The notes below the pieces were generated by a model that saw only the letters and a program-made list of their open reading frames with translations, did no database searches and was not told the origin of the DNA. Position numbers and translations under genes: made by a program. A stretch of DNA of 64,000 nucleotides, from assembly GCF_009914755.1 (NCBI RefSeq), contig NC_060925.1, one strand, 5' to 3'. The DNA is from the human T2T-CHM13v2.0 reference genome, Homo sapiens. Below are positions 15,170 through 35,144 of the stretch, piece after piece. How positions within the stretch are numbered: the stretch's first letter is position 1; each line of letters opens with the position of its first letter.

Positions 15170-15329
15170 TAAGTAAAATTCCATTTTAAACAGTTATAAA
15201 ATCCTACTAGTTTCCTCCTTAATTCATGATTTAAATAAATGTATGTTCATTCTCTGTGTGAGTTATGCTTTTATCATTTTGAAAACTATTCTTTAATAGT
15301 GGTATCTGTGAAAGAGTAAGCAAAATTAA

Positions 15330-16300
15330 TACACAGTGAGCATTTATTCCATGTCAGGCACTATGCTAAGGGTTTTATAGATTTAATCATCATGGCGACC
15401 CTGTAAGTTAAGTTCTATTATTAGTTCCATTTTACAGATCTGGAAACCAAGGCCTAGAGATTAAGTAACTTTCCTAAGGACCCAGAGCTAGTAAGTGGCC
15501 TGAGATTTGAGACCTGAGATTTGAAAGACTTGCATTGTAACTGCACTTCAGTCAAGAGGGCAATTGAAATGAAATTGTGGGATCAGGTAAGGCTTCCAAA
15601 TTTCGGAGGATAAGGTGTTGGTGCAGAGGGAAAAGAAGGGCGGGGCTTTCAGGTACAGGTCAGCCCTAAGAAATGCAGTTGGCCTGGAGAGCAGGGTGTG
15701 GGCTGAGGAGTGGTAAGAGATAAGGCTGAAGGAAACTTCAGGAGTTTCCTTCACAGAGGAAGGAAATCACGGAGAGCTCTGTGAGGCCAGAAGCCAAGGA
15801 GTTTGGACTTTATCCTCAAACTACAGTATTTTAAGCAGAAAAAAAAGACATGATTAGATTGAGTTGTATTATTTTTATCTTTATTGCTTTTGTTTGTAGT
15901 TATAAAAGAGGTATAGGCTTTTTTTAAATTGTTGTTAAAACAAAACAAAACATGGAGAAATTTGGCCCTTCTAGAAAAATTATTTTGGCAGCACTGTTGA
16001 GGCTCGATCCGAAGTGGTGAGTGAGAAAAGAGGGAAGCTGTTGGAAACTAAGCCAATAGCAAGAAAAACGAAGAGGAGGGGATGGAAAGGAGAAACAGTA
16101 AGCTAGCTGAATCTACAGGATTTGGCAACTGTGGCATGTCGGGGGTAGGAAAGGGTGGGAAGGAGGGGCTAGTGCACAGGGAGAGCCCCATCAAAGTACC
16201 TAGCTCAGAAAACCTACTGCAGGCCTGGTTACTCATTCTTAGCATGTAAGAACTGAGATAGTACTTGAAATTTAAAGCGAAAAGCATTGATATCAAGTTT
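15330..16300. mobile_element. MIR and L2 fragments
   Basis: MIR core ccattttacagatctggaaaccaaggcctagagattaagtaactt at ~15427; L2-like ggagtttggactttatcct at ~15800. Confidence 0.55.
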
Positions 16301-17734
16301 GTACAACACCCATTCTAAAAAGCATATACAAATAGAGCCTGACCAAAGTACCCAGGCCTTTTTTTTTTTTCTTTTTTGGCCTCAAGGTGGTTAGAAGCGG
16401 GAGACAAAAAAGGGTGTTGAGAAAGGAAAAGAAAGATAAATCACAAAGACTATAACCATTTAAACCTTCTGTTGACAATTACGCACATACAGATTGTCAG
16501 CACACCAGGTGACTTTTAATCCCGGTCCAGTTCCCCTCCTGGCCCTCTTAATGGCTTCTGGCCACTTCCTCTTGGGATCTGGCCAGAGTAAGCTCAGGAA
16601 ATGCAAAGTTTTAATTCTGGAATCAGTAAAGCATATTAGGAAAGGAAATCCACAAGTGAAAAAAACATCACATTATGCATTTTGAAGCCAAGGGACAGAA
16701 TCAGATTGTAAATTTGTGGGGACAGGAACCATTTTACACATTTTGGTGCAGAACTCAGGGATTGGTTTAGCCATTATTCCCCCTCAGGATCACCCAGGAT
16801 TTGGTCTCTTGCATTCTTGTATGATTCCAAAGCTTCCATCCAGCACAACCTTCAGCTCTAGCAGTTAAGCTGTCTGCAGTCCCGCTTTGTGCTCCCTGAC
16901 AGCAGGGGAGGATAACCCGCCAAGATGAAGGCCCAGATAAAGAGTCAGTATCTTTAATTATACTCACTTCCCTAGGATTTTGCAGGATCAGATGATAGAA
17001 TATATTTGAAAGGCCTTTGTAAAATTGGATGAGCTATACAATCACTAGCTGTTCTTTATTCATTGTTGTTCTGGTTGATGACCTAACTGATACTTGCTAC
17101 ACTGCATTGCAGAATGTTCAAGGAGATTCAGATTTTTACAATGACTATGCACTTAATATATTAATGTTACTATGTGCTCAATGGTGTGCTGTGTACTTTC
17201 ACATGTAATCCTCAAAATAATTTTATCATGTTTATCAAAGATCAGATAGATTAACTTGCTCAAAAACATAATTTTTGATTTTTTATGCTCTCCCAAGATT
17301 GGATTAGGTTTTGCCATGTGTTACCACACCACAGAAGTTACTACATATCTTCCCCACTACACTAGAAGCTGTGGGTGCTAGGAACTATATTTTGTTCACT
17401 GCATTATGCCCTCTATCCAGCTAATGGAGCCAGGCACAAAACATACATGCTACAAAAAATAGTTAGGGTGAATGAATGAAGGCTGATTTTATATCCATTG
17501 CTCTATTCTGAAAACTACTGTTTTCTTAATAACTTACTGTTCATCATCTATTTTTCCCTACTGGAATGTAAGATACTTGTGAAAACATATCATTTGTTTT
17601 ATTCACTGCTGGATTCTCAAAGTCTGGAACAATGCCTGGGATATACTAAGTGTCCAATAAATATCTGTTGGTGAATGAACAAACGATAGCCACGTGGACA
17701 AGCAAATTCCACCTCTTTTTGTCTATCACTATAT

Positions 17735-22229
<4,495 letters not shown>

Positions 22230-22421
22230 ATGTGGTACTAACTTTTGCTTCTGAATACAGCAACTTCAGAACCCTTGTGATAAGTGGTGGTTAATCTGCA
22301 TCACAAAACCCTCACTCCACTAACAAGATTCAACTATTGAACAGAGATTAAACGGAAAGTGCTATGTGGATATGACTTCAACAATAAAGATGAGGAAAAA
22401 GTTATTTATACTTGCTTTACT

Positions 22422-22427
22422 TTTATT
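22422..22427 (-). terminator. Distal polyadenylation signal AATAAA
   Basis: tttatt on plus strand, U-rich sequence downstream on minus strand; gives a ~2 kb UTR. Confidence 0.7.
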
Positions 22428-22928
22428 TTTTCAGATTTCCTTTACTTACATTCCTTATTCCCTCACCAACAGTAATCCTCATTTTTATAGAAGGTAAGAG
22501 AGAAGAAGTACGCAGAGGTTACAGACTTGGGTCCAAAGAAAATTACAGAGTCCAAACTGAGGCCAAGCCTGCCAATACTCTCAGCAGCAGTTTTCTCCTC
22601 TAACACTCTTCCTCTATCTGCCATGATGCCCAGGCATACAAAGGGAGTTTTTCATTGTTTCCTTAAGGTTAACTGCTCTGGATGCTCTCAGTTCAAATAA
22701 GATGGTTTTAAAATTCCCCTCCTCCTTGCCTTACAGCAAAGAAGAGGAAAGGAGAAATTCAAATGAAAATAAATCATATACACAAATATCAAGGTTCAAA
22801 AGCTGGAGGATTTAATTCAATCAATTTAGCAAGGCCCAAAATGAAACCTGGTAATGAAAATGAAGACACAGCAATATTTTCCTCAAGAAAATAGACATTT
22901 GGGAGAAGAAATGTTTTCTTAAAAAATG

Positions 22929-22934
22929 TTTATT
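22929..22934 (-). terminator. Proximal polyadenylation signal AATAAA
   Basis: Canonical hexamer ~1.5 kb after the stop codon. Confidence 0.6.
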
Positions 22935-23076
22935 TGGAAAAGTCAGCCTCTTACACAAGGTTTTGTATCTATACTTTTACTCTGTCAATTACAGTGGTAT
23001 TTTAAATGCATTGAATATAATTCATTGAATGTCTATATCTTTCTGCCTCGATTTAAGTGATATTAGGTTAAAAAAA

Positions 23077-23084
23077 TATTTACA
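23077..23084 (-). promoter_or_regulatory. Pumilio element TGTAAATA
   Basis: Exact UGUAHAUA match in the 3'UTR; function not shown. Confidence 0.45.
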
Positions 23085-24163
23085 GTTTTCATTCTGGTCC
23101 ACCTTCCCTCCTTATCCTTATACTGAATCCATTTCTCTACTTTTCAGGTAAGTGAAAGGGGTCACAAAATTTTTAGGTTTGTGTGGAGGGTAAAAATGCA
23201 TCCAGCAATTCTAAGCACAACAATTTTCTGTAAGGCCTTCTCTGAAAAAAGAGAAGGAATTACTTATTAAAACTAAGCACACTTAGCAACTTCTTTCCCA
23301 ATCCTATCTTTATTCGTTTGCCTGGTGCCAAATTTTTCTGGCCCTTTTTAATTTGCAAACCTTAAAAAAAAAAAAACAAAAAAACAAAAACACCAAACAC
23401 ACACATATCTCACACATAGCACTAAGCTAGAAGCAGATATAAATGGGACCACTGTGAATCAAAGGGGAAAAATTCCAGGAAAAAAAAATTCCAATAGCTT
23501 CACAGTTTAACTGAGGTTTTGGAAAAACTTAAGTGAATTCAGCTGATGTTTGAAATATCTGTCTACATTTAATTAGATGTGTTGTATTTACCAAGGAGGC
23601 ACAAATATGTAGTTCTGTAGATTTTAATACTAACTTTTCCAGTAAGAAAAATAATACCAGGTGATTTCAAAAAGGGCAGTGATCTATAAACACTCAAAAT
23701 GCATCTTTGAACAGGGGAGCAGAAATAGCTAATTTAATGAAAACAAACCTTAAGCACTTTACTTGGCTTCTAATAAGCATCCCAAGAAAAGGTACCTGAG
23801 AGGGGTTGACAAGTACACTGTGTCTAGAACAGCCAAGATGTTGCCAAAGTTTTATGCTTTGAATTTCCTAAATATATAGCTAGCAGAAACATATGCCAGA
23901 AATCTACTGATGCTAGGAAAATATTTTTGTCAGCATTTTGTAAAATCTCTAACTTTCAACCAATATTTCTGTTCATAAATCTTCCAGTGAAAATGTCTGA
24001 AATATATTACATGTAACAATGAAGCAAGATTAATTTTAAATTTTAGATTTGCCTCAAACAAGTTAGTTGTTATTTTTCCTTTTAACACAACACTCGAAAT
24101 AGATGAATTCAGCAAAAATGGTTTAAGAAGTTAAGGCTCTCTAGAGTTCTAAAGACTAAAACT

Positions 24164-24171
24164 TAAGGCAC
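24164..24171 (-). promoter_or_regulatory. miR-124 8mer site (GTGCCTTA)
   Basis: taaggcac on plus strand in the 3'UTR; MCT1 is an established miR-124 target. Confidence 0.75.
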
Positions 24172-24361
24172 ATATTATAATCTTTATGACACTATTAAAA
24201 GCTAAGATTAAAACAAAACAAAACAGAACCTACTTCTTTCCCCCATCCTTTGCTACCAATCATTCCCTCCTCAAATTCAGGCTATTGGTAAGGAGTCAAA
24301 CAAAAATCCCATCAATGAACAACTGGTATGATTTCCACACAAATGTCTACTATTTGCATTG

Positions 24362-24368
24362 AGCACCA
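24362..24368 (-). promoter_or_regulatory. miR-29 7mer-m8 site (TGGTGCT)
   Basis: agcacca on plus strand; miR-29 repression of MCT1 in beta cells is established. Confidence 0.65.
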
Positions 24369-24448
24369 CTGGTAGATTACAGGCCAGTAGAATATTTTCA
24401 GATATCCTGGGTCATGAACTGCTCAATTTACCCTTCAGCCCCATGGAT

Positions 24449-24723
24449 TCAGACTGGACTTTCCTCCTCCTTGGGCCCTCCTTCTGTGTCTTTCTGGTCC
24501 GGAGATTCTGCTGCTTTGGTAACTTCATTTGGCTTCCCAGCAACATCTATACTGGTCTCTTCCTCTTTACTTTCCTTTTTCTGCTCGTTTGCTTTCTGTT
24601 CTTTTGCCAAAAGTCGATAATTGATGCCCATGCCAATGAAGAGATAGATACCTGAAATAATTAGGACGACGCCACATGCCCAGTATGTGTATTTGTAGTC
24701 TCCATACATGTCATTGAGCCGAC
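24449..24723 (-). CDS. SLC16A1: MCT1 exon 5 coding part (275 nt, TM12 and C-terminal tail)
   Basis: [18 protein letters not shown]...[14 protein letters not shown]; acceptor atttag|; exon sum 1503 nt = 500 aa plus stop. Confidence 0.99.
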
Positions 24724-25199
24724 CTAAATATGTAAAACAACACAAACAGTTGTTTCTAAGAGTAAACAGTTTTTTTTTCCCCCAAGCAAAGCTTAAGGAT
24801 CCATTCAGAAAGATGTCAATCCAATCTTTAAAGAGTCCCAAAATGATGAATTAGTATAAGGAATTGCTGAAAATTAGCTGATCCTCTGTTTATAATGCAT
24901 CATAGATTTTAAGTGGCCTTTGCATATTCTGTTATTTTTAGTAACTTGAAAATAGTTAACTCTTGGCAAACTGGAAATGGAAGAGACGTAGTGATCACCT
25001 AGAGTCAATTCTCTTAATACACTATAGAAATAAGTGTTGCTAAAAGAGGCTTGGGAGTCTTGTCCAAGGCCATAGTGCTGTACCATTTACCCAGGCCAAT
25101 GCTCTTTCTCTCTCAGCATTTCCCAAAGAGTATTCCTGTAAACACTTGTCCAGTGCTAAAAATTTAAAAGCAATATCTTACACCCATTCTAAGTGCTTA

Positions 25200-27130
<1,931 letters not shown>

Positions 27131-27379
27131 TTAAAGATTGGGTTGTTTTTCTACATGCTTTTCTACACTAAGCACATCAGTTTTGCGATCAGAAAAAAAC
27201 ATATTTTAGGCCAGGCACAGTGGCTCACACCTGTTACCCAGCACTTTGGGAGGCTGAGACAAGTGGATCGTTTGAGGTCAGGAGTTAGAGACCAGCCTGG
27301 CCAACATGGCGAAACCCTGTCTCTATTAAAGATATAAAAATTGGCCAGGCATGGTGGCATGCATCTGTAATCCCAGCTA

Positions 27380-27559
<180 letters not shown>

Positions 27560-27737
27560 TTAGATTCTATATTTGAGCAATTATGCTGTGCCAAGCATTG
27601 TCCCAGCATCAAGGGTACATAAATGAGAAAGATTTATTCTTACCCAAATAGCTCACTAATGTTTGCTTTCTGTCAGCATTCCCATCTTACATGCTTGTTT
27701 TGTAATAGACCCACATTAGTAGGGAGATATACTATAC

Positions 27738-28604
27738 CTAAAAGTGGTGGCCCCAGGAGGACAGGACAGCATTCCACAATGGTCACCAATCCCACAGCGC
27801 TGGAGAACCTCTGGGGTCCAACAAGGTCCATCAATGTTTCAAACAATACGGAGCTGAGCCACCCGAAGGCAAATCCAAAGAATCCCGCATAGACACAGAA
27901 TCCAACATAGGTAGTGGATAAAGGTGCTAGCATATGACACACTCCATTTGCAACAACGGAAGCCGCAAAGAAATACTGAATTCGAGGTCTTATTGGCTTT
28001 GTGTTGGCTACAAGTCCCATAGATGGTCGGGCTACCATGTCAACAAAAGCCAGAATGGAAAGAAGGAAGGCAGACTTCTCACTAGAATAATGCTGACTCT
28101 TCCCATAACTACTAAGAAACACCAAAGGTGCAAAGAGTCCAAAAAACATGATCACATTTCCAGAGAGGTATAGCAAAAAGCCTCTGTGGGTGAATAGGGT
28201 TAAGTCCAGGAACTGATTAATTGTTTGGAAGACTGATCGTTTCTCTTGTTTAGGGTGTCTTCCAATAAGATCTGTATTTGCATCATGCAGATCTTTTTTC
28301 ACACCAGATTTTCCAGCTTTCTCAAGGGATGCTTTAGACTTATCTTTCCCTGCCTTGGTTGGCTTGGGCCCGATTGGTCGCATGAGGGCTCCAGCAACAC
28401 AGCAGTTTAGTAGCAAGCCCCCAAGAATTAGAAAGCTTCCTCTCCATCCAAAGATACCGAAGAAAACCTGATTGAGGGGGGCCAGAGTACAGAGGAACAC
28501 AGGGCTGCCTGCCATGGCCAGTCCGTTGGCCAATGGTCGCCTCTTGTAGAAATACTTGCCAATCATGGTCAGAGCTGGATTCAAGTTGAAGGCAAGCCCA
28601 AGAC
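27738..28604 (-). CDS. SLC16A1: MCT1 exon 4 (867 nt)
   Basis: Includes [16 protein letters not shown] and DMVARP motifs; acceptor tcacag|, donor G|GTATAG; phase 1-1. Confidence 0.99.
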
Positions 28605-28621
28605 CTGTGAAGACAATAAAG

Positions 28622-28624
28622 AAA

Positions 28625-28657
<33 letters not shown>
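28622..28657. repeat. (AAAT)9 microsatellite next to the exon 4 acceptor
   Basis: Nine perfect units counted directly. Confidence 0.95.
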
Positions 28658-28660
<3 letters not shown>

Positions 28661-29531
28661 AAGAGGTATAAATAATGGAAGGAATAGGATATAAATCCTC
28701 ATTATTAGAGGACATGTTATGTAGTGGTTTAAAGTATGACTTCTAAAACAGACATGGGTTCAAATCTCAGTATCAGTGCTTACTGGTTGCATAATCTCAG
28801 ACATGTATACCCTCCTATGACTGCTTCCTAATATGTAAAACGGGCACAGGTCACTGTTGTGAGGAAGAAAAGATTTGTTAAGCACTTAGTACCCAGTGCC
28901 CAGTATGTAGTAAGCACTTAATACATGTTATTTTTATTATTGTTGTTTTTATTATTTGAAGGTGAATAACTATTTTGTCTAATCTAACAAAATCACCGGA
29001 AGGATTATTATAACCATATAAGATCATTAAGTCGACAGTAGAGATAAAACAAATTTACACTAGAAAATGCATAAGGCCAGCTGCAGTGGCTCATGTCTAT
29101 AATCCCAGTGCTTTGGGAAGCCAAGGCGGCAGGATTGATTAAGGCCAGGCATTCAAGACCACCTTGGGCAGCATAGCAAGACCTGTCTCTACAAAAAGTA
29201 ATTCGAAAATTAGTCAGGTATGGTAGTGTGTGCCTGCAGTCCTAGCTACTTGGGCGGCTAAAGCTGGAGTATCACTTGAGCCTAGAAGTTTGAGGCTATG
29301 GTGAGCTATGATCACACAACTGCACTCCATCCTGGGCTACAGAGAAAGAACCTGTCTCAAAAACCCAAAAACGAAAGAAATAACATATAGTACAAAATGA
29401 TCCCTTCCACTATAGCACCAAAACTTAAAAACAGGCCAATTCCTAAGACTCCAATTGTGAAACTTTCCTGAGAGATCAGAGAATTTAAAATACACACAAA
29501 GTTTTGGGAAAATAAAACACAACATTGCTAA

Positions 29532-29834
<303 letters not shown>

Positions 29835-30732
29835 TGATCCACCTGGCTCGGCCTCCCAAAGTGCTGGGATTACAGGCGTAAGCCACCGCACCCAGCCTGA
29901 ATGTACTAATTTAATGCAATCCAATGAAAATGTCAGTGAATTTTACTTTCGGATTAAGGTAAATGATTCTAAAGGATACTTACAGAACAAATACAGAGCT
30001 ACTAGGAAATTTTTGATGGTGCAGAGGAAAAAGTGGGACCAACCAGAACAAATTATTTAAATGGCTTTACAAAAGCTACAGTCATTAGAGCAGTGTGGCC
30101 CTGTTTCAGGAACCAGTAAAAATTCGTCAGTGAAAGTGCAGAAACACTATAGAAAGTCCAGGAACAGAGTTGAAATACATGGAAACATTTAATGTAAGAT
30201 AAAGTAGCATTTTAAATTAATAGAGAGAAATTATTCAATAAATAGTGCTAGCAAAAGTAATATTCAAAGAACTTCCTCCCTGACCTCATAGCAAACCATT
30301 CTTACATTTGTTAATAAGCTCTACGGTCTATGATCCCTTACATTTTCACAAATCTGGTTCCCTGTTGTTATGCAGGTCTCTACTTAAAGTTGATTCTTCA
30401 GTGAGCCCTGACCTTCATTGCTTGCCCAGTTCTTCCCTGTCACAACACTCAGTTAAAGGCTTTATATAGCATTTATCACTACCTGATATTTTTCTTATTT
30501 ATTAATTTATTTATGAGTTGTACTGTTTGTCTCCTCCTATTAAAGAGTGTAACTGCCTGACTTGTTGCTCTATCTCTACAGCACCTAAAATGGTTCCTAA
30601 CACACATACAGTTGTTGCTCAATAAATATTTCATAAATAAATTAATAAAAGAGCAAATGAACCAACTGATTAACCATGTGGGAACAAATAGAGTTATATT
30701 TCTTTTTTCTCATCTTATGTCAGATGTTTTCA

Positions 30733-31213
<481 letters not shown>

Positions 31214-31558
31214 TTAAAATATAAAAACTAAAGTGCAGTAAACAGAAGTGGACAAATATTTTCATAATCTTGGAGTAGAAAACAACTTTCTCAGGATGAC
31301 ATACAAGATGGAAACCATAAAATACGTTTTGAATACATAAAAATTTATATGTTTAATAAGGGAAAAACATTGGAAAAGACTGAATTTTAAAAATACTTTT
31401 TAACAAAATTCAACATCAGAAGGCCGGGCAAGGTGATTCACGCCTGTAATCCCAGCACTTTGGGAGGCCGAGGCAGGCGGATCACAAGGTCAGGAGATCG
31501 ACTATACTGACTAATGCGATGAAACCCCGTCTCTACTAAAAAAAAATACAAAAAATTA

Positions 31559-31702
<144 letters not shown>

Positions 31703-32553
31703 TCAAAAAAAAAAAAAAAAGAAAAGAAAATAAGGATTAAAACCAAGAGATACTGTTCTCACGTGTTAAACTGGCAATTATTTTTTTAAAAAAGGCAATA
31801 TCCCATTGTTGACAAAAGGGATAATCTTGGAATCTCTGATATATTGTGGTGGGATAATAAGTGAGTATAACTTTTTTGGAGGACAATTTAGCATACATAT
31901 ATTAAAACAAACACACAGCAGTTCCCTTTCTACAAATTTATACGAAGAATATATTCATGTTCACAAAACTTTCAACTTAATACTGACAAAAATCTGGTTA
32001 TAAAATATTAGACATAATTTGATCCTTTTTTGCTCAAAAAAAGGTGTATCTGTGCATAGAAAAACACATGGAAGGATATACATAGAAATGTTAATGATAT
32101 TCTTTGGATTGTGAGGTTATGGGTAACTTTTATTCATTATGCTCATCAACAGTTCATTATCTTAATTTAGTGATTTTTAAAATGGGGGGAGGAATTATGA
32201 AGCGTATCCTCTACCCCTCAGAAATGTTATGTGGACATTCTATCAAATAGCCACTCTCGCACCAAGTTGCCACACACATTGTATCTACCACTACTGGCTA
32301 TTCTTAGGACAAGGAATGCAATCATTCTTTCAATTCATTCACTCATTCGACAAACAATAAATATCCATTATATAATGGCAATTTCTTTAAAAGTTTGCTT
32401 TTCTAGTACTTTTATCTCTAGTTCTTCAAAATGATAATCAAGTCATTTCTATAAGAAAAGAATTTCACTCCAGAGATCTGAAAGATGAATGCAGGTAAAT
32501 ACAAAATAGCCAGCCATAAACTAATGCTTCCAAATGAATCAGTAGTAACTCAC

Positions 32554-32697
32554 CTCCAATGACTCCAATACAGACGTATAGTTGCTGTACGGTGTTACAG
32601 AAAGAAGCTGCAATCAAGCCACAGCCTGACAAGCAGCCACCAACAATCATGACTATACGACTTCCATATTTATTCACCAGGATACTGCTGATAGGAC
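32554..32697 (-). CDS. SLC16A1: MCT1 exon 3 (144 nt)
   Basis: [48 protein letters not shown]; acceptor ttttag|, donor G|GTGAGT; phase 1-1 fits neighbours. Confidence 0.99.
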
Positions 32698-33136
32698 CTA
32701 AAAGACAACCAAAAATGTAGTAATATAAAGGAAACTGCTCCCTCACATCTACACAAGTATGAATGACAATGAATGACAAATCCTCCAAAATAAACAAGCA
32801 GCAATGATAAGAATATTGTTTTCTATAATTACTTCTGAGTCACATGTGTACTAAAATAAAGATGTTAGAAAACATAATTAATTGTGCAGGTTCTAAATCT
32901 AAAAATACTGGATGGAATTTTACTAAAATACAAAAGACCTGAAGTTATCCTTAATCTTTCTCTTTTATGGCAGGGCAGGCTGAAAACACCTTGGTAATGG
33001 ATGTTCACAAGGTTCTTGATGTATCTAGGATACGATTAACATGTATGTAGAAAGTGGCTGGGCGCAGTAGCTCACGCCTGTAATCCCAGCACTTTGGGAG
33101 GCTGGGGCAGGTGGATCACCCGAGGTCAGGAGTTCA

Positions 33137-33367
<231 letters not shown>

Positions 33368-33872
33368 TTAGTAGAAAGTATGTTCTGTTTTAAATTTCAG
33401 ACACACGCAGTGATAGGAGACGTATAAATGCATCTAGATTTTAGAGTACTTGTATATTATCATAAATGTGGTTTGTGGTGTTGTGTTTTTTTTGAGACGG
33501 AGTCTCACTCTGTCACCCAAGCTGGAGTGCAGTGGCCTGATCTCGCTTACTGTAAGCTCCGCCTCCCGGGTTCATGCCATTCTCTTGCCTCAGCCTCCTG
33601 AAAGACAGGGTGGGCGTGGTGGCTCATGCCTGTAATCCCAGCACTTTGGGAGGTGGATGGATCACCTGAGGTCAGGAGTTCAAGACCAGCCTGACCGACA
33701 TGGAGAAACCTCATCACTACTAAAAATACAAAATTAGCTGGGCGTGGTGGCGCATGCCTGTAATCCCAGCTACTCAGGAGGCTGAGGCAGAAGAATCATT
33801 TGAATCCAGGAGGTGGAGGTTGCGGTGAGCCGAGATTGAGCCATTGCACTCCAGCCTGGGCAACAAGAGTGA

Positions 33873-35144
<1,272 letters not shown>

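Larger units (their letters stand above)
22405..24448 (-). other. SLC16A1: SLC16A1 3'UTR (~2 kb)
   Basis: Repeat-free AU-rich stretch after the stop; minus-strand AATAAA at 23309-23314, 22929-22934 and 22422-22427. The 3' end is approximate. Confidence 0.8.
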
